NCBI GenBank assembly: GCA_905250055.1
Contig: CAJNOF010000069.1
Coordinates: 341,047-357,180, forward strand
Reading direction: 5' to 3'
From: Rotaria sp.
Taxonomy: Eukaryota
DNA length: 16,134 nt
Below are positions 1-9,698 of this stretch, piece by piece; positions within the stretch are counted from its first letter, which is position 1; the number at the start of each line of letters is the position of its first letter. The translations under genes and the position numbers were made by a program. The notes below the pieces were generated by a model, which searched no databases, was not told where the DNA came from, and saw nothing but the letters and a program-made list of their open reading frames with translations.

Positions 1-1
1 A

Positions 2-1600
2 TTGAACATGATCGATGTACTTTATTCACTGGTGGGTGTAAATCAACGATTTGATCGACTAGCACTTGATCCTCTCTATATTCATCATCTGAATTTAATG
101 GTTGAATCAATGCTTACGAATAACTTTTCAGTAGGCAAACAAGTTCTTGATAGAATTTGTGAAGAAATTTTGCCTCGAATTAATAATAAAATAAACAAAC
201 TCATTGTTGATCGATATTCTATAGAACGTGTATTTCGTGTTGTTGTCTATCCTCAACTTTATTCATTAACATTTGCCACTTTTCAACAAGTTACACTTTT
301 ACCATATTGAACAGGTGTATTGTTTTTTAACTTGCACTGATTTGATCAACAAAACACTTCAGTACATTGAAAGTGATACAAAACTTTGTTATCTTCTCAC
401 TGATCAAATCACACATCTTAATATTCATATCATTGATGATATAACAACAGAACGAGATAATGAAAATTAATCAAATTTATTTGGATTAATATTATCCATG
501 AGTAAACATCTAACTGATTTGACTTTTAGTCAATGGTTGTGTCATAAAAAGTCACCAATTTCAATATTTCATATGCCATCAACAAGTTGTATTTCTTCAA
601 CGCTCACTAAATTGAATATTGATGTCAATACTTGTGATGATTGTCTTTATCTTCTTGATAGACGTCTTCATTCTTTATCTACATTAATATTCTTAAAATT
701 ACCGTTCCATTATCCAATATTGATAACACAGTAAGAATACATTTAATTATTCGATACGAATAAACATTAAATCAGAAATGCATCGTTTAATTCTTTTTTT
801 TTTCTTTGTAGAAACAACTTTCCAAACTCAAATGTTTCGCATTAATTACATATCCTCGAACATATTTTTATGACAGTCGAGTTGTGCCCTTACTATGTCG
901 AATGCCAAATCTTGAAGAATTAACATTATGTCTATCGATAATACGAACTGAATCGACTTATATTGACGGTATTCATTTATATGATGAAATTCTTAATCAT
1001 ATGCCACAATTAAACAAATTTATTTTCAGTATAAACACTCTTGTGTTCAACATAGTTTTATCAAAAGAGGATATCAACAAATTGGTTCATATACTCACGA
1101 CAAATCAACAGAAAAAGGAAGCATATGTCATGTCTATTCATTTCTATATGAATTTCATAATTTTTTCAATATGACATCTCATTTTCAAGGTGGTATGTTT
1201 GATAATGACTGATCTAGAAGATCCTTTTGAATATGGACTTTTTCAAATCATCTCGCATTCTTTTCCTTTTCTTCGAAAACTAGCTGCATGTAATTATCAA
1301 CCACAAACAAGGAAGCAATATTCATCTCCAATCATCACTTTTCCTCATCTTATCATTCTTGATCTTCAAAGGGCAAATATCGGTTATGCTGCTCAATTTC
1401 ATTATTACACAAAAATTCATCTGTCTTCTTTGTTGGAACTTACAAATACATAGGAATCACTGGCAATGGCAACAGACAATTTTACTAATGATGCGACACG
1501 TCTCACTGGTGCTCGTTTGCAATCTCTTGTTATATAGGATTCGTATATTCGTCCAGAAAATTTTCATACATATTTTCCTTCATGTAAAATATAATTTGTT
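2..1600 (+). pseudogene. F-box/LRR-like family protein remnant (N-terminus outside window), disrupted by frameshifts and stops
   Basis: Fragments read in family order across frames: NMIDVLYSLVGVNQRFDRLALDPLY..., LTDQITHLNIHI, SSTLTKLNIDVNTCDDCLYLLDRRLHSLSTLI, LSKLKCFALITYPRTYFYDSRVVPLLCRMPNLEELTLCLSI, QGGMF...FEYGLFQIISHSFPFLRKLAACN, ITFPHLIILDLQRANIGYAAQFHYYTKIHLSSLLEL, ESLAMATDNFTNDATRLTGARLQSL. The reading changes frame near 300, near 700 and near 1170-1230, and stops occur at about 468-470 and after LELTNT (about 1451-1453). Confidence 0.6.
731..811 (+). other. Probable short spliceosomal intron in the F-box/LRR-like remnant
   Basis: GTAAGA at 731 and a poly-T/TTTGTAG acceptor ending at 811. 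Joining ...CCATTATCCAATATTGATAACACA to AAACAACTTTCCAAACTC reads PLSNIDNTKQLSKLKCFALI in one frame. Confidence 0.55.
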
Positions 1601-2474
1601 TTAAAAATTGTACCAATAAAAAAAATACTTGAATAAAATTGGTTACTTATTTTGTTTTATGATGACCTGTATTGACTATAGAAATGAGCAAGTATTATTC
1701 TAAATCATAAGAATATGGTTGATTAATTTCATTAGAGATATAGACTATAGATCATTTGTATGTCGATTAGGTATTCAACATAGTCATCTACATTTTCCTA
1801 ATATTGCTCAAGTAACAAATTTGACTGATGAAAAGAATGATCATGATAGTACAAAAATATTCAAATGTTTATTTTTTTTTTGGCAGCTGGATCACACAAG
1901 AACAGTATGAAAGACTATTAAAGACTACGTTTAGTTAGTTAGTTGTTGTCCATGATTGACATGATTTATCTTTTTATTTTTTTCTATCATTTCTGCTTCT
2001 AAAGTATTTGTTGTTAAACCACAATAGTTTTGTTTTGCTATTTCAGATTTCATTTGTCCTTCTTTTTCTTTAATTTTATCGGAAGACTCTTCCATTTCAT
2101 TTGCTTTCTCTGTTGTTTTAATAGAATTGATTGTTAATATCAAATTGTTCGAAATCAGTTAAAGCAAGGCCGAATATCTAATTCACAGAAAAAGAATTAG
2201 ATATGATAACAAATACAGAATCAAATACTTTTACTTCTGTTTCTAACGGAACGTTAATTTTTTCACTAGTACAATTTAGATGAACATTTTCGTTTATTCT
2301 TTGAAGGCTATCATATAGAAAATAAACGAAATATGAGTTAAAAACAGAATTCAGTGTTTTTTAGCGTTTATTTTCAATTTCCTATCGATGAACAGCTTCA
2401 TGAAGTTTATTACGTTCATCTTTAACTGTATCATAATCAGCTTGTTGAAGAACTTTTCAGATAATTCCCGATTT

Positions 2475-2550
2475 AGGTGTGGGTGTGGTGGATGGGTGAA
2501 TGTAGGTGTGAGTGTGAATGAACAGAAGATCAACACCTACACCCACACCT
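2475..2550. repeat. Short inverted telomere-like repeat block (G-strand then C-strand)
   Basis: AGGTGTGGGTGT at 2475-2486 is exactly complementary to ACACCCACACCT at 2539-2550. The sequence between them is also GT-rich (GGTGTGAGTGTG). Confidence 0.75.
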
Positions 2551-3973
2551 TACTGAGATAGAAAGAAAACAGTTTTTTCTTTATTCAAATGACATCCCAT
2601 TCGGAGAACGGAAAAATTGATGTTGAATAACTCGATTTTTTTCTTTTCTCGCTCACATTTTGTGTCATAAAATTGCCTTGGAAGTTAAAGTAATGAAATA
2701 AAAAAAAAGGAATGACGTTTTTTTCTCATTAAAATGAAAAAAACCAGTAGGAAACAACATTTTTGATTGCTTTCAGGTGCGTTCAGAGTTGCATTTGGAT
2801 TTCTCACTCTCGTCGATGTTTTACATGTCCTTCACTATCTTATATCTAAATCTGTTACTAAAGTCTTAGCTCTCGATCGATGGCTGAGCATGACTTCAAT
2901 ATTATGCATCAACAGCATTTATTCGTTAATTGTCGAGCGAACCATTTTATTTTGATTCTATCGAACGATGGTTGATACTTCACTACAAACCAGTCTCCTT
3001 CATCTGAAACAAGCAGTTCGAATTAGTTTGCCTTGATAGTGATTAGCAGTAGTTGTACGATCATATTGATAAGTTAAGCTGGTTGATGTTTTCCGTAGTT
3101 TACATGATTTATATTGCACTGATTTCTTTGATCTTCGTTAACTATTCCTAAGACGACCTGCAAACAATCATGTTAAGTGAATTATCTCAAGACTAATTCA
3201 TTTAACTTCACTCAATGAAGCTAATGCTTACATTAGAAACATAATGATTTTTATTTTTATTCATAAATGCTGGAATTATAGCTTATTTGAGATTAGGTGA
3301 GATAATGCCTCTTTTTTTGTCTTTTAGCCCATAAGTGAGATCAATAATGGATAATTATACGTTACAAAATGAAATTCTCATGAATCCTCCGCACAACAGA
3401 AATATGAATAACGAGAAATTCGATTTGCTTTTTGCAGAAATGTATTAATACAAAAGATGCGCTAATGATCATCGAAGTAAAACAATGCCTTTGAACCAAA
3501 ACGATTGGATATTTGTGGTTGTCTATCTTGATCTTGATCCTTCGAAAAGACAATCGTTCAACATTCGATTGAGTAATTTTGATAATGAGATTATCGTGGT
3601 TGATTTTAGTCATAGAGATATTGAACGATGTCAAATATATCTTAAGCAACAAACTGATAAAATGCAACAAGTTTTTCTCTTTGTCAATAATCGGTTTGCT
3701 ACATTTGACTTTATTTCGTCCATACATGATTTACAACAATTACATTTGATCTGGGTAATTCATACTGATTCAAATTACGGCGTTCATACGCAGTTTCTAG
3801 AAAAAATGAACAATAAAACAAATGGAAAGTAAAATTCAACAAGGTAACCGAACATCTCATCTTATATACATAAATAAATGAATACATTTAGCTCATCGAA
3901 ATCCACTCGGAATGGGAAACACTATTTCAACGAACAATGATTCATGATTCATGGTCCAAAAATTCCTTAGAGT

Positions 3974-4834
3974 GTGATGAACATATCGAACAATCAATCT
4001 GAAACAACAACCGAACAGTATCATCCCAGCTTTGAACGGACATATACATTACCGATAATAATTGATTTATTTCTGAATATGGAAAATGTGGACAGTGAAT
4101 TATCAAAACACGATTGGATTCAAAGATGCAAAAAATTCTACAATGGTATTGAAGCAAAGATGAAAACTTTATTAGAATTTGAAGAAACGTATGAACTAAA
4201 AGAATCTCTTCGATGGTATACCAGATCTTCGTTTATATTTTCTCTATTTAACAAAATATGTCGACAACAAAATATTGAGTGGCTTATTTTGTATCGTTTT
4301 TTTCTGGTCGATTTATACAGACAACTTGAACAAGAACAATCAAATAATCAATACATTTCCACAACGACATATTATCGAGGTAAATGTATGTCAGATGATG
4401 AATTGAAATCTTTACAAGAATCATATAATCTAAATCGAAATTCATTGACGAATACATGTGATAATTTTTATATTATTGCTAATACCTTTTTCTCGACAAC
4501 GAGTAATCGCCAAACAGCTCTTGCAGGTTTTTCAGGTCAAATAACGAAAATGATCAGAAAAAACTTATACATTGCTATAGAAGATGACTTTTCTAGTGAC
4601 AATAGTTATTATTTCGAAATGCAAAGTGAATATGGTTATCAATCCGTGCTTTTCGAAATTCAAGTAGATCCGGATTCAACATATCCTTATGCAAATATAT
4701 CTCACATGAGCGAATTGCCATGGGAAGATGAAACATTATTTGCAATTGGTAGTATATTTCAAATAATAAATATTGAATACAGCGAACAAGGTTATGCTTT
4801 TATAATTAAAATACGATTGATTAATAAGATATAA
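3974..4834 (+). CDS. ART-like domain segment (R-S-E class motifs)
   Basis: YYRGKCMSDDELKSL (Arg motif), NTFFSTTSNRQTAL (F-x-S-T-S motif) and PWEDETLFAIGSIFQI (E-x-E-type motif with the 'E..LF..GS.F' context), spaced as in NAD:arginine ADP-ribosyltransferases. The supplied ORF begins at a GTG, so the true 5' boundary is unknown. Confidence 0.75.
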   Translation: MMNISNNQSETTTEQYHPSFERTYTLPIIIDLFLNMENVDSELSKHDWIQRCKKFYNGIEAKMKTLLEFEETYELKESLRWYTRSSFIFSLFNKICRQQNIEWLILYRFFLVDLYRQLEQEQSNNQYISTTTYYRGKCMSDDELKSLQESYNLNRNSLTNTCDNFYIIANTFFSTTSNRQTALAGFSGQITKMIRKNLYIAIEDDFSSDNSYYFEMQSEYGYQSVLFEIQVDPDSTYPYANISHMSELPWEDETLFAIGSIFQIINIEYSEQGYAFIIKIRLINKI

Positions 4835-4966
4835 AAACACAATAATAACAAACATATGTCATCGTTGAGTCTTCAAATTCTAAAAAACTGGATTGTTAAT
4901 AAATAATTCGCTTCATGATGTAACACGTGGAAAAATTTTTTTCAAACATTTATCGATCAATTTTCA

Positions 4967-5782
4967 TTGTCAAATATAAGTCTTATCGTATCATGTTATA
5001 TTGGACTCGTTTATCTATCGTACATTGAAAATGATATCAACTCAGCATTAAAGTACTATCAAGATGCTCTAAAACATTTAAAAAATGATCCAGCTATTCT
5101 CGCAACTTGCTATAACTTCATAGGTTTACTTTACGAGAAAGCATATGGAGATGTTTCAAGAGCATTAAAATATTATAACAATGCCTATGAATTAAAAACT
5201 CAAATTCCATAAGATAAGTTTTCGAGTTATCTTTCTTTCCAAAATATAACAATTGTAAATGTAGCACAAGTTTATTGCAAACAAAATCAGATATCTTTGG
5301 CTTGCCGATACTACGAACAATTATTAACATTTGATAATTCTCAAAATTTTAGTCGGTATAACAATCCGTACGCGAGCATACTCGAATTTGTGGGATGTAA
5401 CAATTTCAATAATGTATCATTTGAACGATTCATGCAAATGAAAGCATTTGTTGATTACAGTGCTAAATATTTACCTAAGAATTATATGGAAATTACTCAT
5501 CATTATATTAACATTGCCAATTGTCAATATACTGAATTGCAAATTGATTATTTTTATAAATTACTCGAAATACGGGAAAAGTACGAACTTGAAAATATGG
5601 ATTCGGAACGTTTTAACAAGGAGATAATTGATATATGTATTCGAATTGCAGACACATATTATTGTGAAACACGATCTGAAAGGAGTGTTGAAGTGTTTAG
5701 GGGTAGAAATTTGCACCCACTCCTCCCTCCCTCCCCCCCACAGACTGTGACAAACAAAATCCATACCCATCACAGACCATGA
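4967..5782 (+). pseudogene. TPR-like repeat segment of the ART/TPR gene, with an in-frame stop at 5210-5212
   Basis: CYIGLVYLSYIENDINSALKYYQDALKHLKNDP and CYNFIGLLYEKAYGDVSRALKYYNNAYELK are TPR-like. Reading through the TAA at 5210-5212 continues in frame as DKFSSYLSFQNITIVNVAQVYCKQNQISLACRYYEQLL, another TPR-like unit. Confidence 0.6.
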
Positions 5783-5834
5783 CAGAGAACCCTGGTACCA
5801 ATCACAGATCGTGACAGAGAAACTGTAGTTGTAA
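5739..5834 (+). repeat. Three imperfect 32-bp tandem units
   Basis: CACAGACTGTGACAAACAAAATCCATACCCAT (5739-5770), CACAGACCATGACAGAGAACCCTGGTACCAAT (5771-5802), CACAGATCGTGACAGAGAAACTGTAGTTGTAA (5803-5834). Confidence 0.7.
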
Positions 5835-5860
5835 AGCATCAGATAAACGATTAGCTACAA

Positions 5861-6433
5861 ATGTGTCGCAAAGGAACGGAACAAAAGGATTTCCATTTAA
5901 TTAATAACAATAGATCCATCGTGTTTCACATTTTTAATCCCGCAAGGGATTGCGCTAAGAGCTTTTTAGAAAAGAATGAATACGTTCATTCAATTAATTA
6001 TTTAATAAAAGCAATCAGACTATATGGTTATTTCGACAACGTGCCCATATGGGATTTTATTAGACTGCAATATTTGCATAAACGTATTGGTTATTTATAT
6101 GGTGTGAACGGCTATATAGTGCTTCAACAGATATGGTATGAAAAATTATTTGTTTTTTCAGCATCCCTTGACAACTTTTACTCTTCAATTGAAAGAGAAC
6201 GTTATAAGTTTGAGAACGAACAAATGTTTATAAGAGTATGTGGTGCAGAATATAAGCATGATTTAATATGGGGTACTTATGAATTTGTCGCAGATGAAAA
6301 TTACTCACGAAAACGTGAAGAAATTATCCATGGAATTCATTTAATGAATACTGGCAATTATAAAAGTGTAGTTCAGTGGTTTAAACAGGATCAAAAATAT
6401 AACAATCGAAGTGCACCAATCCTTTGGTGGTAA
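5861..6433 (+). CDS. C-terminal fragment associated with the ART/TPR remnant
   Basis: 190-codon open frame (MCRKGTEQKDFHLINNNRSIVFHIFNPARDCAKSFLEKNEYVHSINYLIKAIRLYG...) in the same frame as the upstream TPR-like segments. It ends at TAA just before the GT/CA inverted repeat. Confidence 0.45.
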   Translation: MCRKGTEQKDFHLINNNRSIVFHIFNPARDCAKSFLEKNEYVHSINYLIKAIRLYGYFDNVPIWDFIRLQYLHKRIGYLYGVNGYIVLQQIWYEKLFVFSASLDNFYSSIERERYKFENEQMFIRVCGAEYKHDLIWGTYEFVADENYSRKREEIIHGIHLMNTGNYKSVVQWFKQDQKYNNRSAPILWW

Positions 6434-6447
6434 TCAGTGTAGACAGT

Positions 6448-6735
6448 AGAAGGGTGTGAGTGTGGGTATGGGTATGGGTGTGAGTGGTGTGGGATGGGTG
6501 TGGGTGGGTGTGGGCGTGGGTGTGGGTGTGGGTGGGTGTGGGTGTGGGTGTGAGGTGTGGGTGTGGATCTTCTCTTCACTACGCCCACACCCACACCGAC
6601 ATTCACACCCAAACCCACACCCCACACCGACACCCACACCACACCCACCCACAACCACCCACACCCACCCCCACCCACACCCACCCCCACACCCACACTC
6701 ACACCCACACTTCACATCCACACCCACACCCTTCT
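6448..6735. repeat. Large inverted telomere-like repeat: degenerate (TGTGGG)n followed by (CCCACA)n
   Basis: Left arm about 6448-6566 consists of GGGTGTGGGTGTGGG and variants (GGGTAT, GGGCGT). A short unique spacer (ATCTTCTCTTCACTAC, about 6567-6582) follows. Right arm about 6583-6735 consists of CCCACACCCACAC and variants. The outer edges are complementary: AGAAGGGTG (6448-6456) and CACCCTTCT (6727-6735). Confidence 0.9.
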
Positions 6736-7792
6736 TTTAATGATATAATTGTGAATATGTACTAATATCAATTCTTCTTTTTTTTTAAATATTTAGTCTA
6801 TTACCCCATCGTGCATCATCAAGAGATGGTCGTCTTCATATTAATACTGCTCCGGTTCGTCTTCGTCGTGCTCAAAATGATGACCATGGAAGACATGAAT
6901 ATGGTCATGTTGCTATAGCAACAATACTTTATATGAAAGATTTAGCTTCAATATTTGACAATGATTGTGTTTTTTATTTATCTCAAGATGATAGGTGTAA
7001 AGTTCCATTAGGTATATTTGCGGCTAAAATTCAAGCATCAATGTTAATGCATATGAATTACCGAATACGTTTACCAGGTCATGTTTGGATAGTTGTACCT
7101 CGACATCAATTAATACCAAATGTATATGCAGCATGTCTTTTATCTGAAGATTGAGATTTAGATTATTCAGGTCCAACATATATAGCCATACATTCAGCTA
7201 AACATGATCTATGAACTGCTGATTCTTATGGATTAGATTTTGATCGTCTTGTTAGTTTAAAAGAATTTGAAAATGTAGCACGTGATGGAACTGGACAAGT
7301 TAAACCAATTGTTATTATTATTATTGATGGTGGTCCCGATGAAAATCCATGTTTTTCAAAAACACTTGTTGCAAGTGTTAAAAAATTTAAGAAATATAGT
7401 TTAGATGCACTTTTTAGTCTTATACATGAATAATTTTATAAATTTCAATCTTAAAAAAGAAAGATTTTTGAATATATTTTTTTTCTGAGTCCTGGGGAAT
7501 TAGCTTATAATATAATTGAACGCCGTATGGCTCCATTATCTCATGATTTAGCTGGTCTTATATTACCACATGATTATTTTGGTTCACATTTAAATGATTT
7601 AGGTGTAACAATAAATATTGATTTAGAAAAATTAAATTTTCGTAAAGCTGGACAAATCTTAGCTGAAACATGGAATCAATCTGTTATTGATGAATTTCCA
7701 TGTGTTGCTGAATATATTAATCCACCAGTGACATCAGAAGATGAACGTCGACAAGTTGATATTAAAATTGTTATGGACGAAATTTTACGACA

Positions 7793-7846
7793 GTAAATTT
7801 TATTTTATTTTATTTTTTTATTTAATTCATTTTATTTTTTAAATAG
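7793..7846 (+). other. Probable 54-bp intron in the DDE-like remnant
   Basis: Donor CGACA|GTAAAT at 7793, T-rich body, acceptor AAATAG| at 7846. Splicing restores DEILRQIFVEEEAEEGYEFRVRASDEYY. Confidence 0.75.
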
Positions 7847-8231
7847 AATTTTTGTTGAAGAAGAAGCAGAAGAAGGATATGAATTTCGTGTTCGTGCATC
7901 GGATGAATATTATCAAGAAAATGTTCGTGCACTACAAGAAAAAATTGGTGAACAACCAAAATATAATATTAATGAATATTGGTGTGCTATGCATGTTTTA
8001 CAAACACAATATACATTATAAATAATTCGTTGTAATTCAGTTGAATGTTATGGAGCATGGCGTTCAAATTATGATGAAGTATTTCCTCATCGATTTTTAC
8101 CATCATCTGCACCATTTGAATGTACATCATATGGTATTAAAATGGCAGAGAGAGATTATCAAAAAGGACAATTTTATGAATCATTATTTCAACGAATTCA
8201 ATTTCATGGTGTTGTCATTCAACATACACAG

Positions 8232-9066
8232 GTTAAAAGAAAAACATTTTTATTCATTATTATTTATCAACAATTGAATAGAAAAACGACACGTTTGATT
8301 GACTAGAAATTGAGATATGCACGACATGGATACGTTCTTGATTCCGATCATGTCTAACGGTGTCTGATACAGAAACGATATGTTTTACTGCTAACACGAT
8401 ACGAATCCGTGAGCACTAGATCTACCTGTCATCATGATATACTTTCGTCATATAGGTTAACAAAAACAAAAGGAATCATGATAGAAGTAAGATCTAACGA
8501 TTCAAGTAGAAGATGCTTAATCAATTTTACTTCTTGATTTTTTTTGCATACCACCAATATTTGCTGATAAGGACATCAATCTACTCTATTCAATTTTTTA
8601 TTATAAAACGTAGCGAGCAAAGTTCCACTCATAGTTAGTCGTAATTCGAACACAGATATGGAATGAAATCTGTAGCTTTATTCTGCTTCTAATGATAACT
8701 AGAATGATTTCAATTCAATCAAGACTTCAATCGACCTAGATGAGACCTATTCATATCTCATTGAGTACCTAAGAATGACGATACAAGTGATTAGATAGGT
8801 CTAGACATGAACAAGATTGTATCTCATTTTTTTTTTACAATAACAAATAATAAACATTGTTGCAATTTCGATTTTCAGCAAACATGAATGAGACTCATGC
8901 CATCAATATCTAATAATAAGAAACAAAAATAAACTTAATTGTTTGTACTTGTTAACACATGTTATTGACTAATCTAAATGGAAACAAAAAAGTCCTTTAC
9001 CAAGCCATTAATTCCTTCTCACTGCTCACTTTATATCACTAAAAAATAACAAGATTTTTTTTTCAG
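8232..9066 (+). other. Probable long intron in the DDE-like remnant
   Basis: The exon ends in phase 0 at ...CATACACAG|GTTAAAAG (8231/8232). The poly-T acceptor TTTTTTTTCAG ends at 9066, and the next exon starts in phase 0 as NEMLPFDYCCSSVKKELKKK. Confidence 0.5.
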
Positions 9067-9436
9067 AATGAAATGTTACCATTTGATTATTGTTGTTCAT
9101 CAGTAAAAAAAGAATTAAAAAAAAAGTACATGTAAAATATGTAATCAATATATTCCATCAGCATATCGTATGAAAAATAGAGTCCTGCACGGGTACTACT
9201 TTTCGCACCCGGACCCGGCCCGGCTCATTTTTTTCAAACCCGGAATCCGACCGGACCCGGTCATCTTCCACCCGGAACCGAACCGGACCCGGATAGCTCT
9301 ACCCGGTACCCGACCGGACCCGGCCCAGCCTTGAAATAGTCAGCACTTGATTGTTATTGTCAAAATTATATTCACTTTTCAAACTTTTATTTCATATGGC
9401 AAAATATACTATTATTTTAATTTCATCAAGTAACAA

Positions 9437-9503
9437 TTTGTACCCGGACCACAGGTCCGGGTCCGATCGGGTGCCGGGTATCCGGCCCCGTTGCAGGACT
9501 CTA
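9437..9503 (+). repeat. Internal copy of the element's 3' terminus (copy 1)
   Basis: TTTGTACCCGGACCACAG...GTTGCAGGACTCTA aligns without gaps over 67 bp with 9632-9698, 61/67 identical by eye. Confidence 0.85.
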
Positions 9504-9631
9504 TCCTAGAGTGTAAAATACTTTTACTTGTTAAGATGTCATCGACTACCGGTCGGGTACCGGGTATGCTCAAATTCTGCACCCGACCCGGCATTTTTTT
9601 TTATACCCGGCACCCGAATCGACCCGGCAAA

Positions 9632-9698
9632 TTTGTACCCGGACCACAGTTTCGGGTCCGGTCGGGTGCCGGGTACCCGATCCCGTTGCAGGACTCTA
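9632..9698 (+). repeat. Outer copy of the element's 3' terminus (copy 2)
   Basis: 67-bp ungapped match to 9437-9503, ending in the same TGCAGGACTCTA. Confidence 0.85.

Larger units (their letters stand above)
3485..6433 (+). pseudogene. ADP-ribosyltransferase (ART) plus TPR-like protein gene, apparently degraded
   Basis: ORFs at 3485-3832, 3974-4834, 4967-5212, 5297-5782 and 5861-6433 all lie in the same plus-strand frame. They are separated by in-frame stops and noncoding gaps, and their order matches an N-terminal region, ART domain, TPR-like repeats and C-terminal part. Confidence 0.6.
9178..9698 (+). mobile_element. Non-autonomous hAT-like DNA transposon (521 bp) with 8-bp target-site duplication
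   Basis: TIRs TAGAGTCCTGCA (9178-9189) and TGCAGGACTCTA (9687-9698) are perfect over 12 bp. They are flanked by direct repeats ATGAAAAA (9170-9177 and 9699-9706). The interior is full of CCCGG/GGGTCCGG/GGGTACCCG motifs and has no transposase ORF. Confidence 0.85.

Noticed and set aside
1931-2143. 70-aa Lys/Glu-rich minus-strand ORF.
   Set aside because: Short, compositionally biased, no recognisable domain or splice context.
2767-2955. 62-aa hydrophobic ORF.
   Set aside because: Short and without recognisable family features; could be chance in AT-rich DNA.
3362-3727. 121-aa minus-strand ORF.
   Set aside because: Antisense to the better supported plus-strand ORF 3485-3832 that leads into the ART domain.
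5739-5834. Possible CRISPR-like array.
   Set aside because: Three adjacent degenerate 32-bp units with no unique spacers, in eukaryotic context; an ordinary minisatellite.
6391-6765. Several ORFs on both strands (Gly/Val-rich and Pro/Thr/His-rich proteins).
   Set aside because: They are six-frame translations of the TGTGGG/CCCACA repeat, which lacks stops in all frames; no coding signature.
9178-9503. Calling the 326-bp segment a TA-duplicating Tc1/mariner-like MITE (termini read as TA|GAGTCC...GGACTC|TA).
   Set aside because: The longer 9178-9698 unit has a perfect 8-bp flanking duplication with TAGAG-type ends, which explains the structure better as hAT-like.
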